This document shows positions 7,575 through 17,257 of a DNA stretch of 54,564 nucleotides, one piece after another. The notes under the pieces are model-generated. The model saw only the letters and a program-made list of their open reading frames with translations. It was not told the origin of the DNA and did no database searches. The first letter of the stretch is position 1. Every line of letters begins with the position of its first letter. The stretch comes from Patescibacteria group bacterium. GTDB taxonomy: Bacteria > Patescibacteriota > Minisyncoccia > Phycocordibacterales > Phycocordibacteraceae. The translations under genes and the position numbers were made by a program. The stretch spans positions 1 through 54,564 of the forward strand of contig JBBTSV010000002.1 of the NCBI GenBank assembly GCA_038064595.1, given 5' to 3'.

Positions 7575-8310
7575 GGTTGGAGTGTGCGCGACGATTTATG
7601 AGAGCAACAAACAGTTGATCAAGATTCTTAGTACCGTGCATTGATGCGAGCTCTCGCGGATTCCCTTCAAGAATGATCGAACCGCCTGCAATGAAGAGCA
7701 CCCGATCACATACTGCCTCTACTTCGTACATATCGTGTGAAGTCCATAAAATTGCCGCGCCACCTGTAACCGCATATTTCTTCAATTTTTTTCGAATCGT
7801 ATCCGACGTGTGCGGGTCAAGAGACGCAGTTGGTTCGTCAAGCAACAAAAGTTTTGGCTCGTTTAGAAATGCCTTCGCTAGGCTGAGTCGAGACTGCTCT
7901 CCCGAGGAGAGCAGTCCCACCTTTGTATTGGCTAATCGCATGAGACCAAAATCCTCAAGAAGCGTCCTGACACGCTGTGGAGGGTGCGGGATGTCGTATA
8001 GGTACGAGAAAATTGTTAGGTTTTGCCACGCTGTTAGATTGCCCGGCAAATGAGCATAAGGGGCCACAAAATTGATCTGCCCGAGCAGATCGCCGCGATG
8101 TGAGGTGAGATTTTTACCAAATATGTGTATCGATCCTGTGGTTGGAGTCACAATGCCAAGAATCATGTTGAGCGTGGTCGTTTTCCCTGCACCGTTTTCA
8201 CCCAATAAACCGACTATTTCGCCCGGTTTGACGGAAAAGGAGACATCTTTAACTGCCACAGTGGAGCCATATGTCTTACCTAACTGAGTAACTAAAAGGG
8301 TGCTGTCCAT
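7564..8310 (-). CDS. ABC transporter ATP-binding protein
   Basis: Walker A GENGAGKTT, signature LSSGEQSRLSL, Walker B LLLDEPT. Confidence 0.9.
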   Translation of the reverse strand: MDSTLLVTQLGKTYGSTVAVKDVSFSVKPGEIVGLLGENGAGKTTTLNMILGIVTPTTGSIHIFGKNLTSHRGDLLGQINFVAPYAHLPGNLTAWQNLTIFSYLYDIPHPPQRVRTLLEDFGLMRLANTKVGLLSSGEQSRLSLAKAFLNEPKLLLLDEPTASLDPHTSDTIRKKLKKYAVTGGAAILWTSHDMYEVEAVCDRVLFIAGGSIILEGNPRELASMHGTKNLDQLFVALINRRAHSNHES

Positions 8311-8361
8311 ATCAGGTCATTTTGATTTTCCTCAGTAATTACTCTATCATAATCGAATACC

Positions 8362-9186
8362 ATGGATGATCCGACAAATCGAGGCGAACGAATGGTACCA
8401 GAAATGCAGCGTGATGACCTCATCTACTTGGAACACATCACCCGCTATCTTTTCGCGAAACAGTTTGTTACTCAGGCTCGCGTGCTCGACCTTGCCTGCG
8501 GTGCTGGGTACGGATCCTCTATGCTCGCTTCTGCAAACGCTACACACGTACACGGGATTGATGTTTCTCCAGAAGCGATTGCCTACGCACAAAAGAGGTA
8601 TGCGCATGAACGAATTTCGTTCCAAGTAGGAGACGCTGACGCTATTCCACTTGAGACGGGGTCGATCGACGTGGCTGTTTCTTTTGAAACAATAGAGCAC
8701 GTGCATCACCCAGAACGCTTTGTCAAAGAACTCGTACGCGTGCTTAAAGAAAATGGTCTTCTCATTCTCTCAACCCCCCACAGTCCGGTAGCACCAGAGG
8801 ATAATGAGCACCATTTGCATCTCTTTACCGCCGCACAGCTCCTGTCTCTCTTGCACGATTTCCCGCACATTCGTACGTTCTATCAAAACACAGTGGCAGC
8901 AAGTTATGTGGTCGAGGAGAACCACCTTAAAGAGGGAGCGTACCCCCTTCATACAGAACAAGTATCAGACAAAGAGCCCGGACAACAGCAATACATCATC
9001 GTGGTCGCCTCCCGCCACGCCCTCCCTGCCTTACAGGAGATTGCGACGCTATTTACCGATCGAGAGTTACAAAAAGGACTCGCCCTTGAACGAACCCATC
9101 AATTGCGTGCGCGAACGTGGCAATGGAAATTATTACGGATGCTATACAAAACGAGCAATTTTTTCTCCTCTCGAAAATCAGGATGA
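8362..9186 (+). CDS. Class I SAM-dependent methyltransferase
   Basis: SAM-binding motif VLDLACGAGYGS, plus an acidic loop and the FETIEHV motif. Confidence 0.85.
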   Translation: MDDPTNRGERMVPEMQRDDLIYLEHITRYLFAKQFVTQARVLDLACGAGYGSSMLASANATHVHGIDVSPEAIAYAQKRYAHERISFQVGDADAIPLETGSIDVAVSFETIEHVHHPERFVKELVRVLKENGLLILSTPHSPVAPEDNEHHLHLFTAAQLLSLLHDFPHIRTFYQNTVAASYVVEENHLKEGAYPLHTEQVSDKEPGQQQYIIVVASRHALPALQEIATLFTDRELQKGLALERTHQLRARTWQWKLLRMLYKTSNFFSSRKSG

Positions 9187-10226
9187 AAAAGGTAGCCGTC
9201 ATCATTGTTAATTGGAATGGGCGTCGTTTCTTAGAAAACTGCCTCAACTCACTCTCTGCACAAACCTACCATCCCATAAAAATCTACTTCGTAGATAACG
9301 GCAGTGACGACACTTCTGTGGCTTTTGTGGAGAAAGCGTACTCGCACGTAACCCTTATTCGAAATTCTTCAAACCTCGGGTTCGCAGAAGCGAACAACCA
9401 GGGTATTAAGGCGGCACTTGCAGATCCCGAGATCTCTCACATTGCTCTCCTTAACAACGACACTGAAGTAGATCCCGACTGGCTTAACTCGCTCCTACAA
9501 GGTATGCAGACGGACACGACTATCGGTGTGGCAGCCAGCAAAATATACAACTTTACTCAGCGAGACATTATCGATTCTGTAGGCGACTCCTTTTCAAGAA
9601 CAACAGGGCGGGTACGAAATCGAGGCCATAATGAACGCGACGAGGGTCAGTATGAACTATTTGAAGAAGTATTTGCTGCGTGTGCCGCTGCGTGCCTTAT
9701 CCGGAGAGAAACGCTTGAAGATATTTGCATGGATGGTTCATATTTTGACACCGACTTTGGAAGTTATATTGAGGACGTTGACCTTTGCATACGCGCTCGT
9801 CTTGCTGGGTGGACATGCTGGTACGTACCAACCGCCCGGGTATACCACGTTGGATCCGGAACATCCTCTCGCCTCGTCCGTACATGGAAGTACAGTATCT
9901 CCCAGCGAAACCGAATTTTCACCGTCATAAAGAATATGCCATTCCCGTATGTGGTTGTGCTTCTTTTCCACTACCTCATTCCTATCCGTGATGCGGCTTA
10001 TGTTGCTTTGAAGCTGTTCCCATTTTTGCGCCGCTTCCGTACGAACCCAGCTGCCCCAATCGAGAGTTCTCTAAGTATCCAAGACGTTGGATACGTGTAT
10101 GTACAGGGAACCTTAGGTGCTCTGCGACTTCTCCCAAAAATGCTGAAGAAAAGACGCATCATCCAACGAAGCCGCGTTATTTCAAACAACGAGGTGCGAC
10201 GTTGGTTTCGCGAACTCGCACTATGA
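9183..10226 (+). CDS. Glycosyltransferase family 2
   Basis: Motifs VAVIIVNWNG, DNGSDD and LNNDTEV. The start was chosen at ATG 9183, which overlaps the upstream stop (ATGA). Confidence 0.85.
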   Translation: MKKVAVIIVNWNGRRFLENCLNSLSAQTYHPIKIYFVDNGSDDTSVAFVEKAYSHVTLIRNSSNLGFAEANNQGIKAALADPEISHIALLNNDTEVDPDWLNSLLQGMQTDTTIGVAASKIYNFTQRDIIDSVGDSFSRTTGRVRNRGHNERDEGQYELFEEVFAACAAACLIRRETLEDICMDGSYFDTDFGSYIEDVDLCIRARLAGWTCWYVPTARVYHVGSGTSSRLVRTWKYSISQRNRIFTVIKNMPFPYVVVLLFHYLIPIRDAAYVALKLFPFLRRFRTNPAAPIESSLSIQDVGYVYVQGTLGALRLLPKMLKKRRIIQRSRVISNNEVRRWFRELAL

Positions 10227-10999
10227 ACGACGTTTCGGTAGTCCTGGTAACCTACAATTCTGAACACTATATCCGTACGTGTCTCGATGCACTTGCAGAG
10301 GCGCAGGTGCGCGATGTTGTTGTTGTCGACAACAATTCGCATGACTCTACCCGCGCTATTTTAAGTGAATTTTCAAGTCTGACCGTGATTCTAAACGACA
10401 CGAACCGGGGATATACTCAAGCGGTAAATCAGGGGGTTCGCGCGACTGGGACTCCGTACATACTGGTACTCAATCCCGATGTTGAGATATCGGCTGACAC
10501 TATCCAAGTGCTCGTATCTGAGCTGCATACGGACCCTCGAGTTGGGATCGCCGCCCCAAAACTGGTCTACCCTGATGGAAAGCTGCAGTACTCGTGTCGT
10601 CGCTTCCCCACCTTTTTTACCTTCCTTTTACGAGGTCTCGGGTGTACCGAGGCACGAGCATGGATGCCCCGACTGCTCCACAGGCACCTCATGACGGAAT
10701 ATGATCACGTGCAGCCTCTCGATGTCGATTGGGTATTGGGAGCATGCATGCTTATACGCCGAGACATGCTTACTTCGATCGGTCTTCTAGATGAATCCTA
10801 CTTCCTCTACTACAGTGACATAGATCTCTGCTTGCGCGCTAACCGTGCCGGATGGAAAGTGCGATATGAGCCTCGTGCCACAGCGATACACCAGTACGGC
10901 CGAGTGAGTGCGCAGAATCGACTCTCTAATCCTGCAACGCGTTCGCATATACGGAGCGCCCTCCGCTTCTTTTGGCGCCAATTGACGAAGGCGGTATGA
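10223..10999 (+). CDS. Glycosyltransferase family 2
   Basis: Motifs VSVVLVTYNS, VDNNSHD and LNPDVE. The start at ATG 10223 overlaps the upstream stop (ATGA). Confidence 0.85.
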   Translation: MNDVSVVLVTYNSEHYIRTCLDALAEAQVRDVVVVDNNSHDSTRAILSEFSSLTVILNDTNRGYTQAVNQGVRATGTPYILVLNPDVEISADTIQVLVSELHTDPRVGIAAPKLVYPDGKLQYSCRRFPTFFTFLLRGLGCTEARAWMPRLLHRHLMTEYDHVQPLDVDWVLGACMLIRRDMLTSIGLLDESYFLYYSDIDLCLRANRAGWKVRYEPRATAIHQYGRVSAQNRLSNPATRSHIRSALRFFWRQLTKAV

Positions 11000-11006
11000 T
11001 AGTACG

Positions 11007-12089
11007 ATGAGAGATTTGGATGTCAGTCAAGCATCACCGTCAACAATCCTCCTTTTTGATGTTGGTGCCCTCGCCACGAGCTTCTTTCTTGCATACACAC
11101 TCCGTGGCTCTTTTGGGTATGCACTGCAACCGTCCTCGTTCTACTTATTGTTTATAGGGTCTGCGCTTTGTGCGTTCGTCATACTTGGCACGCTTTTCTC
11201 CCTCTATACCAACCGTAAAAATATCCTTTCTCTTTCATACTTATCTGATTTTCTACGGACCTACGCACTGTGGGGAGCTTTTATAATTACGTGGCCTTTT
11301 TTGATTAAAACGGACTACTCACGCACGGTCGTCCTCTTCTTTGTCGTTATTTCTTTCTTCATGCTCTATGGAGGAAGGATCCTGCTCGCATTCGTTACAC
11401 GAATGAGTGGGAGTTCTGATGCCGAGGTAACGCGAGCCGTACGCGGTATTCTTACCCTCATCCGGGTGACCCCCGACCCAATCGCCTTACTTGAGGATGT
11501 CCGTATCAGCCGCTCCTTGCGACCGATGGATCGCCTTGCGAAACGCTCTCTCGATATCGTCGGCGCCAGCGTCGGGTGTGTCATACTACTCCTCGTTATT
11601 CCCGTTATCGCGTGGCGTATACGTCGAGAGAGTCCTGGACCAATCTTCTTCGTCCGCGAACGAGTCGGGAGGGACGGAAAGATATTTAAGATGTTCAAGT
11701 TCCGCACCATGTATCTCCACGAGAAGCGCAATAGCCCTCCTCGTTCAAGTGACGACCCACGCATTACCCCGTTTGGCAGAATTCTTCGCCGTTACAGCAT
11801 TGATGAATTACCCCAAGTCATCAATGTCCTGCGCGGAGATATGAGCTTGGTCGGCCCTCGCCCTGAGCTCCCCGCGCTGGTTGAGAAGTATGAGCCGTGG
11901 CAGCGGGCGCGACTGCGCACCCTCCCGGGTCTTACGGGGCTTTGGCAAATCCTAGGACGAAAAGATCTGCCTCTCAATGAGAATCTCGAATACGATCTGT
12001 ACTATGTTTTCAATCAGTCGTTCTTCCTCGATTGCGCGATTATCCTCAAAACCATCCCGCACCTCGTCCTACCTAAAGGTGCGTATTGA
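11007..12089 (+). CDS. Polyprenyl-phosphate sugar phosphotransferase (bacterial sugar transferase, WbaP/EpsL-like)
   Basis: N-terminal TM segments precede the conserved C-terminal block KRSLDIVGA...PGPIFF...KFRTM...DPRITPFG...DELPQ...SLVGPRP. Confidence 0.9.
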   Translation: MRDLDVSQASPSTILLFDVGALATSFFLAYTLRGSFGYALQPSSFYLLFIGSALCAFVILGTLFSLYTNRKNILSLSYLSDFLRTYALWGAFIITWPFLIKTDYSRTVVLFFVVISFFMLYGGRILLAFVTRMSGSSDAEVTRAVRGILTLIRVTPDPIALLEDVRISRSLRPMDRLAKRSLDIVGASVGCVILLLVIPVIAWRIRRESPGPIFFVRERVGRDGKIFKMFKFRTMYLHEKRNSPPRSSDDPRITPFGRILRRYSIDELPQVINVLRGDMSLVGPRPELPALVEKYEPWQRARLRTLPGLTGLWQILGRKDLPLNENLEYDLYYVFNQSFFLDCAIILKTIPHLVLPKGAY

Positions 12090-12094
12090 ACGGG

Positions 12095-12168
12095 TGCCGA
12101 GGGTGAGAGTTGAACTCACGACCTTCTCTTTATGAGTGAGATGCTCTAACCACCTGAGCTACCTCGGC
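12095..12168 (-). tRNA. tRNA with CAT anticodon (elongator Met or Ile2-type)
   Basis: Manual cloverleaf: GCCGAGG/CCTCGGC acceptor, GCTC/GAGC D stem, anticodon loop CTCATAA, GTGAG-TTCAACT-CTCAC T arm, discriminator A. There is an A31/A39 mismatch, and CCA is not encoded. Confidence 0.85.
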
Positions 12169-12184
12169 AGTACTATTGACTCTA

Positions 12185-12928
12185 TCAAATTTTTGTATAC
12201 GACTCAAATCCGCTCGTGAGGGTCGCGATGCCTTGTGCATCTATGAGGTAGCCCTCAAGGCCGGGAAGGGACTCGATAAAAACGATACCCTTCTTCCCCA
12301 TCGCAAAGGCTCCTGTAGCGAAGCGATCAGCTTCGAGTACGTCAGGGCCAATCACCGTGAGGCTCACGATTTCATTCTGCTTCAAATGCGGCGCGTGGGG
12401 GTTGTAGATGTGGTCGCCACGAATATACGAACCCGACGTCGCAATTCCCCTCCCTCGCGGATAGATCACCTTTACTATCTGGGTCGGATTGAATGGGTTC
12501 CGGATCCCCACACTCCAGTCTTTCCCTTTGCTGTTTTTTCCGGCAAGCGCGATATCGCCCCCCGCATTCACAAAGTAGTGCTCACACCCTGCGGTCGCGA
12601 TGAGTGCCGCGACGTTTTTAATCGCCCATCCTTTCACGATCCCAGACGGGTCGAGAAGCCCGTCGGGGCGCTTGATATTGAAATACCCCTGTGTCTCTTG
12701 GTGTGTTTTTGTAGCCACGTCAAAGACTTCGCGCATGTCAGTGCTCATCGCGGCAAGCGGCAGCTCGCCGCGATTTATCTGCGAGATCTCACTCGTCTCC
12801 TTGTAGGTACTGAAGCGTTCATCAACGCCTCGGAGATAGTCAAACGCGGCATGCATCGTTGCTGCAGGGTCGAGGGCCACAATCTCGATCTCAATCGGCA
12901 TACCCATTATGGACTGTACTGACCTCAT
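12185..12928 (-). CDS. apbE: FAD:protein FMN transferase (ApbE family)
   Basis: ApbE-like blocks are DPSGIVKGWA, NAGGDIA and IATSGSYIRG. Alternative ATG starts lie at 12907 and 12901. Confidence 0.85.
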   Translation of the reverse strand: MRSVQSIMGMPIEIEIVALDPAATMHAAFDYLRGVDERFSTYKETSEISQINRGELPLAAMSTDMREVFDVATKTHQETQGYFNIKRPDGLLDPSGIVKGWAIKNVAALIATAGCEHYFVNAGGDIALAGKNSKGKDWSVGIRNPFNPTQIVKVIYPRGRGIATSGSYIRGDHIYNPHAPHLKQNEIVSLTVIGPDVLEADRFATGAFAMGKKGIVFIESLPGLEGYLIDAQGIATLTSGFESYTKI

Positions 12929-12999
12929 CTCTCTATACTACCGAAGTACTCCCCACCCGCCACTTTTATTCAGAGGAGAGTGTTCTACAATGGAGATAT

Positions 13000-13533
13000 A
13001 TGAACACGTACAGCGTCGAACAATCACGGATTATCCATTTCTTTACCGCAAGCACGATGAGCGCCCCCCTCTGGCTCCTCGTCCGCCTCTATCTTGGATA
13101 TGAATGGTTTATAGCTGGCTGGGAAAAAGTCATTAATCCGGTCTGGTTTGGTCCTAGCGCTGGTGCAGCCGTCCAGGGCTTTGTCAAAGGCGCGCTCACG
13201 AAAACGACCGGACTTCACCCTGACGTATCGATGTGGTACGCATCATTCCTCCAAAATATGGTGTTGCCGAACGCGACAGCGTGGTCAAACGCAGTCGCGG
13301 TCGGCGAGGTCTTGGTCGGGCTTGGTCTCATTGTCGGGCTCTTCACCGGTATCGCTGCGTTCTTTGGGTTTGTGATGAACATGAGTTATCTGCTCGCAGG
13401 CACGGTGAGCATGAACCCCGTCATGCTCTTCCTGGCACTTCTCCTCATGGCCGCATGGCGAGTCGCTGGGTACTGGGGTCTCGACCGTTTCGCGCAGCCG
13501 ATGATTCGTAGGAAATTCTTTCGGCTCACTTGA
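13000..13533 (+). CDS. DoxX-family-like membrane protein
   Basis: A 177-aa protein with 4 TM segments. The start was set at ATG 13000, preceded by GGAG; the longer track ORF (12859) overlaps apbE. Confidence 0.6.
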   Translation: MNTYSVEQSRIIHFFTASTMSAPLWLLVRLYLGYEWFIAGWEKVINPVWFGPSAGAAVQGFVKGALTKTTGLHPDVSMWYASFLQNMVLPNATAWSNAVAVGEVLVGLGLIVGLFTGIAAFFGFVMNMSYLLAGTVSMNPVMLFLALLLMAAWRVAGYWGLDRFAQPMIRRKFFRLT

Positions 13534-13543
13534 CACGTTCCGT

Positions 13544-14830
13544 ATGTCCTCTCTGCGTAACCAGAGCGCGCTCCAGGTAACCGCGCTTCGTACCGATGCG
13601 CTTGCTATCGTCGAGGCCGGCTACGACGCAATCAATGTCGAAGCCGCCCTCTCTCAAAGGCTTGTGGTTCGCGAAGAAGAGCTTGTGCTCGACGGGGTAC
13701 CCTACCCTATTTCCGAGCGGCGTCTGTATGTCGCTGCCGTCGGTAAGTGCGCGTTTGCGGCAAGTCGCGCACTAGAGAAGCTCGGCAGCACACATCTTGC
13801 GGGCGGGATCGCGCTTGATGTGGTTGACCCAGAGCCCTACGCACTCACGACCATTACCCCCTACCAGGGTACGCATCCGCTCCCCAGTGGGACGAATGTG
13901 TCTGCTGCTACTGCGTTGCGTACCTTCCTTTCTGACCGTACGCCTGAGGACTTTGTTCTGATGCTTATCTCGGGCGGCGGCTCGACACTCTTGTGCCTGC
14001 CCGAGCTTCCTATGACTGCCGCCGATGAGGAGATCCTTTTCAAAGAACTGACCGCGCGAGGCGCATCAATTCAAGAATTGAATACGGTACGCAAGCACAC
14101 CTCGCACGCACGCGGCGGCGCTCTGGCCGCCGCGTGCCCTGCCACAATGCTCACTCTCCTCGTCTCCGATGTTCCTGGGAATGATCCTGAGTATATTGCG
14201 TCTGCCCCAACACTTCTCGATCCATCAACCATCGCCGATGCAAAAGCGGTTCTCACAAAGTACGACATCACGCCCCCATCTACCACGACCTTCATTGAGA
14301 CACCCAAAGACACTGCAGCATTTGCGCACGTCACGACGACTCTCTTCCTCACTAATAAGCACGCGCTTCACGCGATGCAGGCAGCAGCAGAAGCGCGCGG
14401 CTACACAACCGCTATCATGAATGATCAGGTGGTGGGGGAAGCGAATAATCTCGGGAGAGATATCGTTGAAGAACTTCACAGCACACCCCCGAAGACTGCG
14501 CGACTCTACGCAGGCGAGAGCACCGTAACAATCGGCGGCGCAGGCGGCGCAGGCGGGCGCAATCAGGAACTTGTGCTCGCCACGCTTGAAGACATTCATG
14601 ACGATGAGCTCGTACTCGCCTTCGCTTCTGACGGACACGACAACACAGATCACGCCGGAGCAATCGCGGATGTGACCACGCGCGAGCATGCGGTCACGCA
14701 CGCGCTCGTGCCGCGCGAATACCTCACCGAGCACCGCTCCTATGACTTCTTTAAAACGAGCGGGGACGCCCTCATAACCGGGTATACTGGATCTAACGTG
14801 TCTGACATTATTCTTGCGCTCAAAAAATAA
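13544..14830 (+). CDS. Glycerate 2-kinase-like protein (DUF4147 + MOFRL family)
   Basis: 428 aa, with the pattern VAAVGKCAFAA...LISGGGSTLL...GESTVTIGG...GGRNQE typical of MOFRL-type glycerate kinases / hydroxypyruvate reductase-like proteins. Confidence 0.75.
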   Translation: MSSLRNQSALQVTALRTDALAIVEAGYDAINVEAALSQRLVVREEELVLDGVPYPISERRLYVAAVGKCAFAASRALEKLGSTHLAGGIALDVVDPEPYALTTITPYQGTHPLPSGTNVSAATALRTFLSDRTPEDFVLMLISGGGSTLLCLPELPMTAADEEILFKELTARGASIQELNTVRKHTSHARGGALAAACPATMLTLLVSDVPGNDPEYIASAPTLLDPSTIADAKAVLTKYDITPPSTTTFIETPKDTAAFAHVTTTLFLTNKHALHAMQAAAEARGYTTAIMNDQVVGEANNLGRDIVEELHSTPPKTARLYAGESTVTIGGAGGAGGRNQELVLATLEDIHDDELVLAFASDGHDNTDHAGAIADVTTREHAVTHALVPREYLTEHRSYDFFKTSGDALITGYTGSNVSDIILALKK

Positions 14831-14835
14831 CTACT

Positions 14836-17256
14836 ATGGCTACTGAACACATTCTCTGGATGCACAAGGTTGGGATGGAACAGGTCCCCCAAGTGGGTGG
14901 CAAGAATGCCTCGCTCGGTGAGCTGTTACGCGCCGTGGTGCCCCAGGGCGTACGTGTCCCCGGCGGCTTTTGTATCACGGCCGATGCGTATTATCACTTT
15001 TTGAAAGAGACCGGACTCGATACCTTTATTGAAACGACACTGAAAGATCTCGACACCCGTAATCTAAAGGAGCTCGCGCGGTGTGGAAAGCTGATACGTG
15101 AAAAAATGCGCGCCACCCCCCTCCCTCCGGATCTGGAGAAAGAAATCGTTGAGGCATATGCCGAGATGGAAAAGGAATACGGCAAAAACGTCGATGTCGC
15201 CGTGCGCTCAAGCGCGACTGCAGAAGATCTTCCGGGTGCCTCCTTTGCTGGTGAGCATGAGACGTACCTCAATATCCGAGGTGCCTCTGATGTCGCACGT
15301 GCAAGCATTTGGGCAATGGCTTCCCTCTTCACCGACCGAGCAATCTCCTATCGTGCCGACAAAGGCTTCGCCCACACCAAGGTCGCGCTCTCGGTCGGGG
15401 TGCAAAAGATGGTCCGCTCTGATAAGGGTGCTTCGGGGGTGATGTTCACGGTCGATACCGAGAGTGGCTTCAGCGACCTTGTCCTTATGAACGCTGTATG
15501 GGGGCTTGGCGAGCTGATCGTTCAAGGACAAGTCACGCCCGATGAATATCTCGTGATGAAATCGAAGATCGGCAAGGTGAGCAGTCCGCTCATAAGTAAG
15601 ACGCTCGGCGCGAAGACTAAAAAGATGCTCTACGCCTCCGGCAAAAAAGGTGTGATCCAGACAAAGACCGTACGCACCTCCGCTGCTGAAGAGAGTCGCT
15701 TTGTTCTCACCGACGCTGAGGCGATTGAGCTTGCGCGCTGGGGTGCCTTGATCGAGACGCACTACTCAGAGCGTGCTAAAACCTGGACTCCCATGGATAT
15801 GGAGTGGGCCAAAGACGGGATCACTGGCGAGCTCTACATCGTGCAGGCGCGCCCCGAGACCGTGCAGGCAGGACGTGACTTTTCAAAGTTTATCGAATAC
15901 CGCGTCTCGGGTGCAGGGAAAGAGCTCGTGCGTGGAATCTCAGTCGGCTCGAAGGTCGCAAGCGGAGTCACCCGCACCATCAAGAGTCCTCGCCAGATCA
16001 AAGATTTCAAGCAGGGCGAGATCCTCGTAACCGAAATGACCGACCCTGACTGGGAGCCGATTATGAAGATGGCCTCGGCAATCGTCACTGACCGCGGTGG
16101 GCGCACGAGTCATGCCGCGATTGTCTCACGCGAACTTGGTCTCCCTGCCGTGGTCGGCACTGGTAACGCGACCCGGGTGCTGAAGAACGGAACTCTGGTC
16201 ACTGTGGATGCTTCGGGAAGCGTCGGGAGTATCACCACCGGTAAAGCAAAGATCGAGATGCGTGAGCACTCAATCGGTACCATTCCAGAGCCAAAAATCA
16301 AAGTGATGGTCAATATCGCTTCACCTGACATTGCGTTTGAAAACTCCTTCCTCCCCGTGAAGGGGGTGGGGCTCGCGCGTGAGGAGTTCATCATCGCATC
16401 GACGATCGGTGTGCATCCACTCGCGGTGCTCAATTTCAAGAAACTCTCACCCACGCTCCGCACCGCGATAGGAAAGAAGATGCAGGGATGGAAAAATCCG
16501 ATCGACTTCTACGTCGACAATCTCGCGTACGGTATCGCAAAGATCGGTGCTGCCTTTGCTCCTCGTCCGGTTATCGTCCGCTTCTCTGACTTTAAGACCA
16601 ACGAATACGCCACCCTCCTCGGCGGAAGTGCGTATGAGCCGAGTGAGGCCAACCCGATGATCGGCTGGCGCGGTGCCTCCCGCTACTATGATCCAAAGTT
16701 TAAAGACGCTTTTGCACTCGAGTGTCGCGCATTGGTAAAAGTACGTAAGGAGATGGGGCTCGAGAATGTGATCCCGATGATCCCCTTCTGTCGTACCGTC
16801 AAAGAAGCGGAGGAGGTGCTCACGACAATGCGTGATCATGGTCTCGTCGCAAAGTCACTCGCAAAAGGAGGTGAGACGACCACGCCCGTCTACATGATGT
16901 GTGAGATCCCGAGCAATGTCCTCCTTGCAGAAGAATTTCTCGACCTCTTCGACGGCATGTCAATCGGCAGTAACGACCTCACTCAGCTCACGCTTGGGCT
17001 CGATCGCGACTCGGGTATCGTCACCCATATTGCCAACGAAAACGACGAAGCCGTGCGTGCGCTCATCTCCATGGTCATCCGTAAGTGCACTGCGCGCGGC
17101 AAATATATCGGTATCTGCGGTCAAGGCCCTTCTGACCTCCCTGACTTTGCTGCATTCCTCGTGAGAGAGGGCATCGAGAGCATATCACTCAATCCTGACT
17201 CGGTGATTAAAACGATCGAACAGATTGCGGAGCTTGAGGAGAAACTGGCTACTTAA
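14836..17256 (+). CDS. ppsA: Phosphoenolpyruvate synthase (pyruvate, water dikinase)
   Basis: 806 aa, with an N-terminal ATP-grasp (VGGKNASLGE), the phosphohistidine motif GGRTSHAAIVSRELGLPAVVG and a C-terminal PEP-utilising TIM barrel. Confidence 0.95.
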   Translation: MATEHILWMHKVGMEQVPQVGGKNASLGELLRAVVPQGVRVPGGFCITADAYYHFLKETGLDTFIETTLKDLDTRNLKELARCGKLIREKMRATPLPPDLEKEIVEAYAEMEKEYGKNVDVAVRSSATAEDLPGASFAGEHETYLNIRGASDVARASIWAMASLFTDRAISYRADKGFAHTKVALSVGVQKMVRSDKGASGVMFTVDTESGFSDLVLMNAVWGLGELIVQGQVTPDEYLVMKSKIGKVSSPLISKTLGAKTKKMLYASGKKGVIQTKTVRTSAAEESRFVLTDAEAIELARWGALIETHYSERAKTWTPMDMEWAKDGITGELYIVQARPETVQAGRDFSKFIEYRVSGAGKELVRGISVGSKVASGVTRTIKSPRQIKDFKQGEILVTEMTDPDWEPIMKMASAIVTDRGGRTSHAAIVSRELGLPAVVGTGNATRVLKNGTLVTVDASGSVGSITTGKAKIEMREHSIGTIPEPKIKVMVNIASPDIAFENSFLPVKGVGLAREEFIIASTIGVHPLAVLNFKKLSPTLRTAIGKKMQGWKNPIDFYVDNLAYGIAKIGAAFAPRPVIVRFSDFKTNEYATLLGGSAYEPSEANPMIGWRGASRYYDPKFKDAFALECRALVKVRKEMGLENVIPMIPFCRTVKEAEEVLTTMRDHGLVAKSLAKGGETTTPVYMMCEIPSNVLLAEEFLDLFDGMSIGSNDLTQLTLGLDRDSGIVTHIANENDEAVRALISMVIRKCTARGKYIGICGQGPSDLPDFAAFLVREGIESISLNPDSVIKTIEQIAELEEKLAT

Positions 17257-17257
17257 C

